Shown here piece by piece: positions 1 to 12,884 of a stretch of DNA of 64,000 nt. A program made the translations under genes and the position numbers. Below the pieces are notes generated by a model. It was not told the DNA's origin. It saw only the letters and a list, made by a program, of their open reading frames with translations, and made no database searches. Source of the stretch: Octopus vulgaris (lineage: Eukaryota); assembly GCA_951406725.2 (NCBI GenBank), contig OX597817.1, positions 23,684,001 to 23,748,000 on the forward strand, read 5' to 3'. Position 1 is the stretch's first letter; the number at the start of each line of letters is the position of its first letter.

Positions 1-386
1 TGGTAAGTAGCTTGCTAACCAACCACATGGTTCCGGGTTCAGTCCCACTGCGTGGCACCTTGGGCAAGTGTCTTCTGCTATAGCCTCGGGCCGACCAATG
101 CCTTGTGAGTGGATTTGGTAGACGGAAACTGAATGAAGCCTGTCGTATATATGTATGTATATATATATGTGTGTGTGTTTGTGTGTCTGTGTTTTTCCCC
201 TAGCATTCCTTGACAACCGATGCTGGTGTGTTTACGTCCCCGTCACTTAGCGGTTCGGCAAAAAAGATACAGATAGAATAAGTACTGGGCTTACAAAGAA
301 TAAGTCCCGGGGTCGATTTGCTCGACTAAAGGTGGTGCTCCAGCATGGCCACAGTCAAATGACTGAAACAAGTAAAAGAGAAAAGA
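1..386 (+). mobile_element. tRNA-derived SINE, family A (5' end cut by the window edge)
   Basis: A-box remnant tggtaagtagc, B-box-like ggttcagtccc, internal (TA)/(TG) tract, 3' tail gactgaaacaagtaaaaga. Matches more than 10 other copies in the window. Confidence 0.9.
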
Positions 387-392
387 TATATG

Positions 393-581
393 TATAAAAT
401 AAATATATAAAGAGCAACAGGCCATTTACATCTTTTATTTGGCATCTTGTCTTGTAATTATGGACGAGTATATAGGCCAAATTTTTTTCTTTCGTATTTA
501 GTGTACATTCATATTTATACTTTCTCCGATAAATGAAAAGTTTGTAAATAGAGAAGCCAAATGAAATAGTACAGAAGAAAA
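393..581. repeat. ~190-bp non-SINE segment, duplicated at 4427-4628
   Basis: tataaaataaatatataaagag...atggacgagtatatagg...gataaatgaaaagtttgtaaatag...atagtacagaagaaaa occurs twice in direct orientation with few mismatches. Confidence 0.85.
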
Positions 582-582
582 G

Positions 583-1083
583 GAGCTGACAGTTCTTGGC
601 TGCCCACAGGTCGGGTTGTCTTCGTCGCACAGCTTCAAGAGGGCGACGAAGAATCCCCAGGTAGTATTCGTTGTTAATTGTCGGGCCATAACGTAGGTCA
701 CTGTCCACTAATGTGAAGCCATCTTTGAATTGCTTGTACCAGCCCATTATTTGTGTTTTTCTCATGGCATCATCTCCAAAGGCCTTCTTAATCTTCTTCA
801 TTGTCTGGGCTAGTGTATCACCAAGTTTTAGGCAGAATTTGGTATAGTATCGCTGAATGCGCTCGTTCATCTTGACTTAAAAAGAAAAAGTCGCACAGTA
901 CACTCTTCACGTCTGTACTCAACGCGTCACTACGAGCGAATCGTGCACCCTACGGCCACGAAAATTTCTTGCCCATGCTCAGGAATAACGCAGTCACCTA
1001 ACACCCATGTGGATTTTGCTCACACATTATTATTTAGTCCAAAATGGAAATCACGGTCTGGTATGTTTTGACTACACATCGTA
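583..1083 (-). mobile_element. Mariner-family transposon remnant (internally deleted, 3'-truncated)
   Basis: ORF 870->: QRYYTKFCLKLGDTLAQTMKKIKKAFGDDAMRKTQIMGWYKQFKDG (mariner N-terminal HTH) joined directly to TINNEYYLGILRR..VRRRQPDLW (catalytic-domain segment). TIR-like end TACGATGTGTAGTCAAAACATACC on the minus strand at 1083. Confidence 0.85.
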
Positions 1084-1123
1084 CTTTACATTGATATTTA
1101 GATTACAAAGCAACAGGTTCATA

Positions 1124-1525
1124 GGCGCAGGAGTGGCTGTGTGGTAAGTAGCTTGCTAACCAACCACATGGTTCCGGGTTCAGTCCCACTGCGTGGCATC
1201 TTGGGCAATGCCTTGTGAGTGGATTTGGTAGACGGAAACTGAAAGAATCCCGTCGTATATATGTATATATATGTATGTGTGTGTATGTGTGTGTTTGTGT
1301 GTGTGTGTTTGTATGTGTGTGTTTGTCCCCCTATCATTGCTTGACAACCGATGTTGGTGTGTTCACGTCCCCGTCACTTAGCGGTTCGGCAAAAGACACC
1401 GATAGAATAAGTACTGGGCTTACAAAGAATAAGTCCCGGGGTCGATTTGCTCGACTAAAGGCGGTGCTCCAGCATGGCCGCAGTCAAATGACTGAAACAA
1501 GTAAAAGAGTAAAAGAGTAAGAGTA
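1124..1525 (+). mobile_element. SINE family A, full length with a small internal deletion
   Basis: Head ggcgcaggagtggctgtgtggtaag; deletion at ttgggcaa|tgccttg; tail (gtaaaaga)n. Confidence 0.92.
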
Positions 1526-2670
1526 TACTCGTTAAGTAGCTATTTCTAAAGCTGCTTCCATTACACATACAATGATAAGTAATACAAAACTGAAAGTAGT
1601 ATGGAATGAAAATCACATACACACACACAATTCAAAAAAAGTTTTGCTAGCTGGAGATGTGAGTAAGAGGCTTGCGACACATTATTCTTCAATAATGCGC
1701 CACAAAGGTCAGATGTTAGTATTAATATTGCTAAAGAATATATGCTTCCAGCTAAAAGCCTAGCAGCGAAAATTTTGGTAGAAGTTTAGTAAGATTGATT
1801 GTTTCTTCTACACTGGCAAAGCACTGAATTTGTTAGCTTTATAAACGAATCCGTTCGTAAAAGAATTTTAGCTCTTTGGTCTGGTTTTACGAAATTTCTC
1901 TTTGAAATCTCAGATAGGAATTTCTCTTCTAAAATTCATAAATTGATTTTAATGCGACCACTATTTCAAAACAGCAAATTTAACTTGAAGCACATAACAG
2001 GATTATTCAGAATTGATGTTGCGTATTATAATTCTAGTCTACATATTAATTACACTAACCAGTTTGCATAGGGGCAATTATCGAAGCCTCATCAGCTAAG
2101 ATAGGTCTTTACCTTTTATACTAGTCGAAATTTATTAGTGTTTCTATCTATCTCCCTGAAAATGTTCACTATTTCAAACAGTGTAGTATAGCCTTGATAA
2201 GGATAGGAAGGTGTGCCATTTTTTTATATCTGTAGAATCTTGCTCGTTCAGATATGACATAAACTTACGTGAATGATTACTGCATCACAAATTTGGAATT
2301 TACCAATCGAGCCGAACGGTGCTTAGCTGATTAAATAACGCATAATTCTCTATTCTTTTGCCTTTTTCAAATATATTCTATGACCTTATATTAAATTTAT
2401 TCGGTGTTTGAACTTTGGATTTTACAAATTGAATTGACAGCGGAAAGTAAGTTTACGTGGAATAAAATGGCTTTCAATGGACAATTTAGTTTGCCAAATT
2501 TGATCCAGAAAGATATTCGCTGGAATTTTTAGAGCCCCCCCCCCCCACTCTTGACGATTTGACTCCCATATGAGGATAGAGAAAAGGGAAAAAGTGAGAG
2601 AGATAAAACGAAGGGAGAAAAGGGAGTAGAAGTAAGAATGAGTATTACACGCACGCGCATATATATATAT

Positions 2671-3063
2671 TTTACATGTTTCAGTTATTGGATCGAGGTC
2701 ATGCTGGGGCATTTCTTTGAAGAACTTTAGCAGAATGAATCGAGCACAATACTTATTTCATATTTTCTAATCCTAGTACTTATTTTGCTGACCTACTAGA
2801 GTACGAGAACATAAACACATCAGCACCGGTTGTCAAGTGGTGGTGGTGGTGGTGGTGGTGGTGGGTATCTTACACACACACGCATTCACAAGTATATATA
2901 TCCGGCGGTCTTCTTTCAATTTCAGTCTGTCGATTCCACTTATGAGTGTTTGGCCAGCCCTATGCTATAATTGACACTTGCTCATGGTGCCACGCTGTAG
3001 GACTGAACATGGAACCATATGGTTGGGAAGCAAACAACTTACCACAGAACCACATTTTCCCCT
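2671..3063 (-). mobile_element. SINE family A, old diverged copy
   Basis: Degenerate matches to cagcaccggttgtcaag, gacacttgctcatggtgccacgc and gactgaacatggaaccatatggttgg. Confidence 0.75.
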
Positions 3064-3140
3064 ATATATATGTGTGTATATGTGTTTGTGCTTATATGTA
3101 TATATATATTCATAAATATATACATAAAACTATAATAAAT

Positions 3141-3386
3141 GTGCCCTTTTAAAGCCTAGCCAGGCTCATGGGCCCGGTTTCCCGGTTTCTATGGCGTATG
3201 TGTTCCCCAGCTGGACGGGACGCCAGTCCATCGCAGCGTTACTCATTTTTGCCAGCTGAGTGGACTGGAGCAACGTGAAATGAAGTGTTTTGCTCAAGAA
3301 CACAACGCGTCGCCAGGTCCAGGGATCGAAACAACAATCTTACGATCATGGTGCTGACACCCTAACCACTAAGCCACGCGCCTCCC
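3141..3386 (-). mobile_element. tRNA-derived SINE, family D (CORE-like central region)
   Basis: Minus strand reads GGGAGGCGCGTGGCTTAGTGGTTAGGG (A box)...GTTTCGATCCC (B box), then GTGTTCTTGAGCAAAACACTTCATTTCACGTTGCTCCAGTCCACTCAGCTG (CORE-like) and a tail containing CTGCGATGGACTGGCGTCCCGTCCAG. Confidence 0.8.
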
Positions 3387-3389
3387 AGA

Positions 3390-3457
3390 ATATATACATA
3401 TAAATATATATATACATATACATACGTACATATATATATATATATAAATATATATAC

Positions 3458-3507
<50 letters not shown>

Positions 3508-3531
3508 GTATATATATATATATGTATGTAT

Positions 3532-3572
<41 letters not shown>

Positions 3573-3598
3573 TATGTATATATATATGTATGTATATA

Positions 3599-3661
<63 letters not shown>

Positions 3662-3690
3662 GTATATATATACATACATACACGCATGTA
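3390..3690. repeat. (TA)n/(TATG)n microsatellite
   Basis: Read directly from the sequence. Confidence 0.97.
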
Positions 3691-4236
3691 TATAGAGAAA
3701 GAAAGAGAAAGAGGAGGAGAGAGAAAGATAGATAAATTCTATTTATGGCAAAGCATTGTCCACGGTATACGGTATTCCATTTATTGATATGTACATCCAA
3801 TGTTAAAGGCATTGCTTGTTATCACTACAGAAACAGTCCTTATCATTACACAATTTCTAATCGATATGCTACTTTTGAAAAGGCTTAATAATATATTTAG
3901 TAAAATCACTGATTGCTTGCTTTTGTCCATTTTACTGTGGCTCTAATTGGATGGTTCGGCAGGTTTTTCAGCAATAATCACACAATTATCATCTTTAAAA
4001 ACTAAGGAGAGAAATCAAAAAAAAAAAAAAGAAAAGAAATAGGGAAATAAATAAATAAATTAAGAAGAAGAAGAACAAGAAGACGAAGAAAAGAAGAAGA
4101 AGAAGAAGAAGAAGAAGAAGAAGAAGAAAACCATGCACAAAGTATGGTACTTGCTCGTGTTTGCATGAACAAATATCAATATGTATGCATACATACATGC
4201 ATATATGCATACATGCCTACATACATACATACACAC

Positions 4237-4272
<36 letters not shown>

Positions 4273-4426
4273 AGCGCGAGATACTCATGCACGCACTTGC
4301 ATACATGCATATATATATATATATACATAGATTGTTGCATATAGTCATTTATGCGTTGTGCATAAATACGTGTACATATATGAGTGTGCGCTTGTGTGTA
4401 TACACTTATACAGATATGTGAATACA

Positions 4427-4628
4427 TATAAAATAAATATATAAAGAGAAGCAGGCCATTTACAGCTTTTATTTGGCATCGTGTCTTGTAATCATGGACG
4501 AGTATATAGGTCAAATTTTTTTTTCCTTTCGTATTTAGTGTACATTCATATTTATTCTTTCTCTGATAAATGAAAAGTTTGTAAATAGAAAAGCCAAAAG
4601 AAAATTAAAAAAATAGTACAGAAGAAAA
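4427..4628. repeat. Second copy of the ~190-bp segment at 393-581
   Basis: Direct alignment by eye. The ORF track shows the shared peptide YILVH(N/D)YKTRCQIK(D/A)VNGLLLFIYLFY in both places. Confidence 0.85.
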
Positions 4629-5218
4629 AACAATTACACCAAGAGTATGAACCGAAACAACAATGGCAACAACGAACTGAACAACAAGAAGAAGACGAAA
4701 CCCAAATCATAGTGTAAGAACAATAATCGTATCATATTTATTCAGCAGATTGGTAGTTGTGTATTGGCATTTGCTCAGATAATTCACAAGTAACTCATTT
4801 GGAGACATTGGTGAAGGTAGGACAAAAGTGAATATGGACTGTTTCGTGGAATAAAATTATTTTATGTGTCTCAGTCTTCGTTGTACTAACTGCTTTGTAG
4901 TTCATATGTGTACATATCTATGTATCTATCTTCCTCTTTTTCTCTCTCACTATACACACGCACACACACATATATGTATATACATAGAAGTACACGCACT
5001 TATACATGCATGTATATATATATATGTATGTATATATATATATATAGACGACTGTGTCTTCGTGATTGTGTTTTGTTTCTTCTTAGCTTGCAAGTTTGGC
5101 ATTGTATTTTTTGTGCATAAGTCTGACTGTAGAGAGATATATGTGCATGCGCGTAGCATTTGTCTTTGTATTTCTGTGAATAGAATAGTGCCAGGAAAGT
5201 AGGTGTTTGTGTGTAGAA

Positions 5219-5227
5219 CTATCTATA

Positions 5228-5308
<81 letters not shown>

Positions 5309-5317
5309 ATCTATCTA

Positions 5318-5365
<48 letters not shown>
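5219..5365. repeat. (TCTA)n microsatellite
   Basis: Read directly from the sequence. Confidence 0.95.
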
Positions 5366-5574
5366 CTTTCTCTCTCTATTTCGGAGAGAGAGAGAGACAG
5401 ACAGACAGACAGGGTTTTTTTTTACAGTTCTCGGAATTTCTTCCCCTCTTTCTAATTTTTGTGCTGCTGTTTTTCTTGTCCTTCTTAATATTTTTTGTTA
5501 TTTTCATTTTATTTAATGCAACTTCACTGTGAATTAAAAAAAACAAAAAATAGCAGCCCACAGCCAGTGGACCA

Positions 5575-5790
5575 ATGTAGTATTCTTCATTCAGCTTTGA
5601 AGAACTCTGCGAAAAATTTGTGCAATTCTAAGCAGGATACTTGTCTGTAGCATCTCTATCGTCATATTTATTTTCATCTTTTTAATAATCCAATTTTTGT
5701 TTATTGTAATCATGTCTCCCACAGTAAAATGTATGATATTCACCTCAATGATACTTATTTCTCTCTTTAAATTATCGTATATCACTTACT
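5575..5790 (-). mobile_element. 3' remnant of an R4/Dong-type RLE LINE
   Basis: The minus-strand ORF ends MTIEMLQTSILLRIAQIFRRVLQS*, homologous to the C-termini EIQKIVLMRTAHILRKILSM* and EMQKIVLTGTTDVLRRALSL* of the other copies. Confidence 0.6.
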
Positions 5791-7506
5791 CTCTCCTTCG
5801 TTCTACAGGGCATACAATATCTACGATTAACCAGACTTTTTTGTTGTGCATGTAAACTAGCAGTATCAGAACTTTAAAAGTTCAGGTCCACAAATATTAG
5901 TAGCTATAGCAGTAATATATTCTAATTGAAATTATATAAATTCAAGAATTTATAATTGAAACTCTCAAAGTCTTGATCGCGAATGTAATATTACCCCCAA
6001 TAACTCAATGCACATATGTTTAACATTCACACCATTCGAATTTCCCTATACTAACAACATCCATATATTTAAACACACTAAGAAAGGATATGAAATATCA
6101 AGCACAAAATCTAGTAGAAGCATATTAACAAAAAAAATAGGGTATAATTTTTGTACATTTTATTTGTAATATTTACACATCAATTAGAAGCACGCAAGAT
6201 GAAAATATAGGTGTTTAATTTTTATACGTAACATGTTTATACACTGAAACATGGAAAAATTCTTCGCTGCAGAAACTATCTTTTAAGTAAAATTATCTTA
6301 AAAGCAAATGCACATGAAAAGCACAATCAGACTGAGACAGATGCTAACCGCTAACAGAATAGTTTTTTTTCCATCGTTACCCCTCGTCAGCTACGGACAT
6401 CGAATGCGTCGTTTTAACCCACTAAGTACAGCTTTACTTTCACCTTTACTGATGTATGCAAAACTCCGTCGAGCTGGAATTATAAATACACAAAAACATC
6501 ATCATTCTTATCCCACCTATCCCAGCAAAAAAATAATAACCAATATATAATATCCACAAAAATAAAGCAAAAAAACAAACTTAAAAATGGACAAACCAAA
6601 AAAGGAGAATAATTAACTAATTAACATGTCTCAAGGAAAGTTACTTCGTTTTTTGCTTGCAAATATAATATACTAAAAGAAATAAATAAATATATCGCTT
6701 AAGATCTTCATATATAGTAAATAGTTGACCTACTTCCTTACACTATCTAGTATCATGTGGTACTGAATTATTTACAAGAATCAAATGCCTTGCTCCGAAA
6801 TGTTGAGTAATTTAAACGGCGTATCTTTTAAAGTATGTACCAGTGAACTTAACAGTATGCCTTTAATATCCTTTCAGTGTATATTCTTTATGTTGATCCT
6901 ATTACCACTTGCTTTATCCTGATTCTACATTTTGATAAGGTTACCTGTTGATTTACTTTCGCTGTTTATCTCATTTCTTTTAATACCTGGCATTATATTC
7001 TTAGTTTTCTCACTTCCACACTCTACTTACGTTTTTAATTCATTTCTTAGTAATTTATTTATATTATTTTTATTTTTAAGAATGCATATCTTACTCTAAG
7101 ACTAACCTATATTTTTCAGCTTCTTATAGCATTTCAATGATGCTCTGTATTATCCGTTATCTCTCTCTTCAACATACCACTTTTATTAATGATTAGAGCG
7201 TACTTCTATTAAGATTTTACGCACAATTTTTTAGGTGACACTGGTAACTACCAGTGTCCGTTCCCATTCAATCTCAAGCATTTGATATTACTACGCCTTT
7301 TAACAAAATTAAGCTCTTATAATACAGTTCTATATTTAAGAGGTGAGGCGTTATGTAAATTATTTACACTATTTATATTTGTTTGATATTTGTTCTCATC
7401 TTGTTTGTTGCTAACACAACGCTTCGTCTGATATACTCTCCAGTCTTCATCGGGTGACTTGGGGAAATTTCTTCTAACCCCGAGATACCGAGTTCGATTT
7501 CAGGCA

Positions 7507-7565
<59 letters not shown>

Positions 7566-7621
7566 GTAATAATAATAATAATATTAATATTAATAATAAT
7601 AATAATAATGATAATAATAAT

Positions 7622-7822
7622 ACATAACAAAAACACCAGGACTTACAAACACATATAACATACAGAAAATTGCACTACTAGGCACTGCACACATCCTACG
7701 CAGAACACTTTCCATACAATAACCATCAGAGCATCACAACAAATCACAGCACATACCCAAGGCACACAGAGCTGCGCTCGGTAGTGAAGTGAAAGCACGC
7801 TATAAAAATAAAAATAAAACTA

Positions 7823-7826
<4 letters not shown>
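7622..7826 (+). mobile_element. 3' end of an R4/Dong-type LINE inside (AAT)n
   Basis: Nearly identical to 30901-31090 (NIQKIALLGTAHILRRTLSIQ* plus 3'UTR ...gctgcgctcggtagtgaagtgaaagcacgc). Flanked by (AAT)n at 7508-7621 and 7827-7894. Confidence 0.85.
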
Positions 7827-7881
<55 letters not shown>

Positions 7882-7946
7882 TAATAATAATAATTACATC
7901 GAAAAATACCTTAGAAATGAGAACCGAGGTTCGAAATTTCCCCAAG

Positions 7947-7990
7947 TTACCTGATGAAAGCTGGTGGGTATATCAGCCGAAACGTTGTGT
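7947..7990 (+). ncRNA. Minimal type-I hammerhead ribozyme-like motif
   Basis: CTGATGA (7951-7957), A, stem II aGCTG...CAGCc, GAAAC (7979-7983), GTT. A degenerate mirror copy lies on the minus strand at ~7415-7458. Confidence 0.6.
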
Positions 7991-8083
7991 TAAGAACAAA
8001 CAAGATGAGGACAAATATCCGTCAAATGTAAATAATGTAAATAATTAAGTCCTTATATCATACATAATACTTTTTTACTCGGC

Positions 8084-8974
8084 TACGAGGTAGTATCAAA
8101 ATGTTCCCGGACTATTTTAATAGATGGCAGCATACGGTTCCGTGTGCAGTGAGAGCTATCAGTGATTCTCATAAGGCAGTGTGCCGAGTGACTTTGCTGT
8201 AATTGATTTGCAAGTTTTGAACTTTGAGTTTCTGTTATCGCATGTATGCTGTAGTCTGCAATTTTTATGATGTGCACGCAGTTGGGACCAAGAGACAATG
8301 TGGAATGTTGTGTTACATTTGCGCAGTCTGCTACAGAGACATTAAGAAAGCTTCGGCAAGGTTACGGTGATGAAGCAAAGGGTCGTACGAAACGTTTCGA
8401 GTGGCACGGGTATTTCAAAAGCGGAAGAACGTCCTTAGAAGACGATGAGCGATCTGGAAGACCTGCCACGAATGTCACCCAAGAAAATGTGGTATTGTAT
8501 GTCGAGAATTCGCCCCTCAGGACCAGACTGTCAATCGGGAGTTTTGAGATATTTTGGAGTGTTTGAGGGGGGACATTCGGTGAAAGCGATCGGATCTATA
8601 GAGCGATATGAATTGGATTCTTCACAGAGCTATCTGCACTAATGTGTTTCTTGCTACAAATGATATGATATTGCCTCTGCACCCGCCCTATTTGCCAGAT
8701 TTAACACCTGTAGACCCCCATCCATTTCCGAGATGAAAATCAACTCAAAGGTCGCCGTTTTAACGCAGTCGTCGAGATCCAGAACGAATCGCAGAAGATC
8801 CTCTGCTCGATAACGGAAAACGACTTCCAAGCCGGATTAAAAAAGTGGCAGGAACAATTGGACCGGTGTATTGCTGCGCAAGGTGACTATTTCGAAGGAG
8901 AGGATGTCGAAAATTAGGTAAATTATGTTTTATTAGACATAAGTAGTCTGGGAACCTTGTGATGCCATCTCGTA
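8084..8974 (+). mobile_element. Mariner deletion-derivative with both TIRs
   Basis: TIRs tacgaggtagtatcaaaatgttcccggacta and (reverse complement) tacgagatggcatcacaaggttcccagacta, with TA ends. Peptides SATETLRKLRQGYGDEAKGRTKRFEWHGYFKSGRTSLEDDERSGRP, PPYLPDLTPVD (YSPDLAP motif, ~8683-8715) and LKGRRF. Confidence 0.92.
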
Positions 8975-10889
8975 ATTTAATTTTAGTTTATGCCTCACCA
9001 TTAAATTTTTAGCTGTATCCGTTAATTACTTATCCCTTCTGAATCACTATCCATGCTTTCACCTTCCCATACCCACACCTTTACTCAGAACGTGGCATAT
9101 GTTATTTCATTTAATATAATCTTATTTAAGTGTATTTTATTCATTTTACTTATTTCCGTTTAATCTTGAAAATTTTATTCTTGTTTACATTTAATTTTAT
9201 AACACTTTCCCTTTCTTTTCATTTAATATCTTATTACTATTCAGTCTTCGTAATAATAGTTTTAAATTTTCCTACATAATATTTAGAACCCATTTGTAGC
9301 ACGTATAACCAGCCCACTCATTTAAACGTACACGGTATTTATCTCACCCCTTTTCATACCACAACCATTAATCATTTCATGGTTAAATTTTCAATTTAAA
9401 TTTTAATTTTTCGCTCACTGCTTAGAGTACCTTCTCCTCCTACTCTGTTTCCCCCCCCCCCCCACATAGACGTTTCTGAAAAACACATGTACATTTATAT
9501 TTTTATCTTTCTCTTATCTTCCTTTAATAACCTAATTCATTTTCATAAAAATTACGTATCCTCAAATATTCCGTTTCCCTAATTTCCGCATTTATTACTA
9601 TTAACGATGTTGTTTTATATATTTATTTACTTAATTATATTACATAATCTAACATTAAATGCAACATTTGCCGGTAACCTTAAGAAAACAGAAATTTTAA
9701 CATGTACAATTTTATGGGAATGTTTTAAAAAATATATCAGTCAAAATGTACTTGCTAGAAAGCTTCAAAGGTTAATATATTAAATGCTAACTTTCCTAAT
9801 ATCATTATTACATTTTTGTATATTCATGTTCTTTTTCTTAAATCCAGAGTTTCTAACCATAGGTTTCTGAGTTTTCAACATTTACATTTCCACACATTTA
9901 TTTTTTCACCTTTAAGATAAAATGTTCTATTTTCCTCTCATTTCATTTCCTTCATTCTTTTTGTTTTTTTTCTTTCTTCTTTTTTATTTTTCCTTTTCAT
10001 TCATAGTTCAACAGCACTTAATTTTTCATATTTTCTCTTCCATTACTGCGTTCCAAACACATTTGTTTTTACATGCATCCTTTGAATAGAAACCTACAGA
10101 CAGAAGAAAACTCAATTCATAAATATCAATACACTCACAAGATTTTTCATAGACGAATTATTTTACTATATATTCTCTTACATGCTATTATTTCAGTTTC
10201 TTTTGAAACATGTAACCAATCATTTAAATTATTAAAATATTTTTATATTAGTACATAATTGATAGATCACCGAATATATGCGTGTCTGTCTGTGTGTGTG
10301 TGTGTGCTAGTGTAAGCGCGCATGCTTGTGTACCTACCTATAAAGATAATGATATCTGGAAGGAAGGTAGAATTCAGTAGCTGATCTGACAAACAAAACA
10401 ACTGTCTTTTCACTTCACCTACCACTCAGAGAATAGGAGGTGTGGTTCAAGCTGTCTTCAGGGATTTAGTAATTATCTATCCTATAATAAAACATGCACA
10501 AGAAGAAACTCCCTACACAGAAATAAGAGGGTTTTCGCTCAAAATCTAACTTTAAAAATTCTTCAATATCAGTTTTCCAAACGCAGTCTATGAGAGCAAT
10601 ACCACCTTATAGATATAAAACGATAATCTGGACACATGGAGGTTTAACAGAGAGGAATGTACTTTGTGCTAGGATATCACCTGCGAGTTCAGATTTCAAG
10701 TTGTTATCGCTCTGACCTCAGAAAACACTCAAAGTATAACAGTAGTATTCTTTCAGTTGATTTCGTTCCCCAGCTTCATTCCTATCTAATTTCCTCTCTC
10801 TTTACTTCCAATTCAAAGATCTGCTGAGGTCAAATTTGCATTTCATCCTATCGACTATCGACAGGAATAAAAATGTATCAATCTAGGGC

Positions 10890-11870
10890 AACTGATTAGC
10901 GAAATTGCGCAAATCCTGCAGCATTCTGTTAATAGCTTCTTTTGATTTTTTATGGGACATTGTAGCTTCGTCCCATGTGATCAAAGAACCTTTCATGAGA
11001 ACTTGAGTTAAAGCAGAACTTTTACTAATATTGCACATAGTTCCATCATCTGAAGATTAAACAGCAGTTTGAATGCTGCGTGAGCTGTTCGACTTCCTGG
11101 GAGTAAAGTCGCAGCAATTCCAGGGCTCTCTACAATTAAGACAATTTCCTTTTTTTCTGTCGGACTTTGGCTAGCACTAAATTTATATCAAAAGTTTTTC
11201 CAGTTCCTCCTCGTACGTCTAAAAAATATAATCCTCCTCTCTTATGTGTCACTTGGTCAATGATTGTTGTATACGCAAGCTGTTGTCCTAGCAAAAGTTT
11301 CAGGATATTTTATTCAAGGAATCCTGTTTATGAATCAATATTATATGGAGTTTCTCGCAAAACTCCTGTGATCAAATTATTCACCTCATTTCAATGAGTT
11401 TCAGGTAAGCCAATCTTGCTGAGCTCCCCATCTTTCCATTGAGACAAAGCGATCTCCAATATCAACCAATGCAGAATTATATATGCCATCGTTGAATGCT
11501 ATTTCCCTCTCTGGGTATCTTAATTGTGCTTGATATTCGTAGTCTTCTGATAAATCATTCTTATATTTGTGCGACAACGTTAATGGATTGCTTACTTCAC
11601 AATTCAGGAGAAGAAATGCAAAAATATATCTCTCAATGAAATAGGTGTGTGTGTGTCACTGAAGCCTCAGCCATTGTTCTATCCCACTGACTATCATCTA
11701 ACGAATTCAAGGCTAAACATGCTTCTCTATAAGTACAAGCAGTTTGACCATCAATTATTCTCAGGTAGGAGAAGGAAGTCAGTTCTCTTATTTTATGAAG
11801 AAGCAGCTTCAAAAAGAAACAATCATAGTGACTTGCATGCACAGAGCAAGCTCTTCTGATTGTCGAGTCA
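10890..11870 (-). mobile_element. Helitron RepHel relic (PIF1-like helicase region), pseudogenised
   Basis: Minus-strand translation gives CFFLKLLLHKIRELTSFSYLRIIDGQTACTYREACLAL..DDSQWDRTMAEA, Walker A GLYFLDVRGGTGKTF (~11195-11235), GIAATLLPGSRTAHAAFKL, and Walker B LITWDEATMSHKKSKEAINRMLQDLRN (~10905-10985). Frameshifts present. Confidence 0.9.
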
Positions 11871-12292
11871 AATAATTTCATACTTGGATAACCCTGAACG
11901 TCCGCTCAATCTTTTTCTTATAGCAATATAAAATAATAGAAGTTATTACAGGTATTATTGCACGCACGCACACACACACACACACACACACTGGCACACA
12001 TGTTATTACGCGTGTCGTTATATTACACATATAGCATACACATAGCATACAGAAGAGTGCCTCCACCGAATTTGTTTCTTTCTATGTCTAGGGAAAAATG
12101 GTTATTTCCAAATGAAAAGTTATACAAATATGCCGGAGTGAGATAAGAAAACGACAGCTAATCTCATAAATCCTGATGTGGAATATGTGAAAGAAAGGAA
12201 AAATATTAGAGTGAAATCTAAGTTACGGTTTCTATTCTGGAGGTATGTAGAGAATAAAACGAATATGATCTTCTCCGGTTTCTATTATGAAG

Positions 12293-12395
12293 AGAGGGGT
12301 CGATGAAATAAATACCTGTCACGCACTGAGGTAAATATAATCGACTGTCCCCTCCTCCCTCAAAGTTCAGGCTTTCTGCCAATAGTAGAAAGGGT
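12293..12395 (+). mobile_element. Old SINE family B-related 3' fragment
   Basis: ggggtcgatgaaataaatacctgtcacgcactgagg...ataatcgact...tagtagaaagg, followed by (TTA)/(TAG)n. Confidence 0.6.
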
Positions 12396-12419
12396 TATTA
12401 TTATCATTATTATTATTAT

Positions 12420-12451
<32 letters not shown>

Positions 12452-12852
12452 ATAGTTGGGGAGGAGGAGGAGGAGTAATAGCGATATTAATATCTACACT
12501 CAATTTGAGTGTCTGTCTGTATGCGTATACATCGACAGATAGATGTTGAGATAGATATACACGCATGTATAGGTATGTATATATTTGAATATGTATCTAA
12601 ATACACATAAATGTGTAAAGATATATTCGTGTATACATACGCATTTGCATAAATATATATGCATATATGCATACATACATATATATACGTGTGTGTGTGT
12701 GTATGCATATATATTTATGCATATGCGTATGTATACACGAATATATATATATATATATTTATACACACACATATTTTGTATTGAGTTCTCTATTGTTGAA
12801 AACCAGATATCACATACAGATACTAGTACATATGTGCGTGTTTGTGGGTGGT

Positions 12853-12884
<32 letters not shown>

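Larger units (their letters stand above)
7323..8046. mobile_element. Inverted pair of short Penelope-like-element (PLE) terminal-repeat copies flanking an (AAT)n tract
   Basis: Arms 7358-7471 and 7933-8046 are reverse complements (aattatttaca...gatatttgt(t/c)ctcatcttgtttgtt...ttggggaaatttc). Each contains a hammerhead-like core. The PLE assignment is inferred. Confidence 0.65.
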
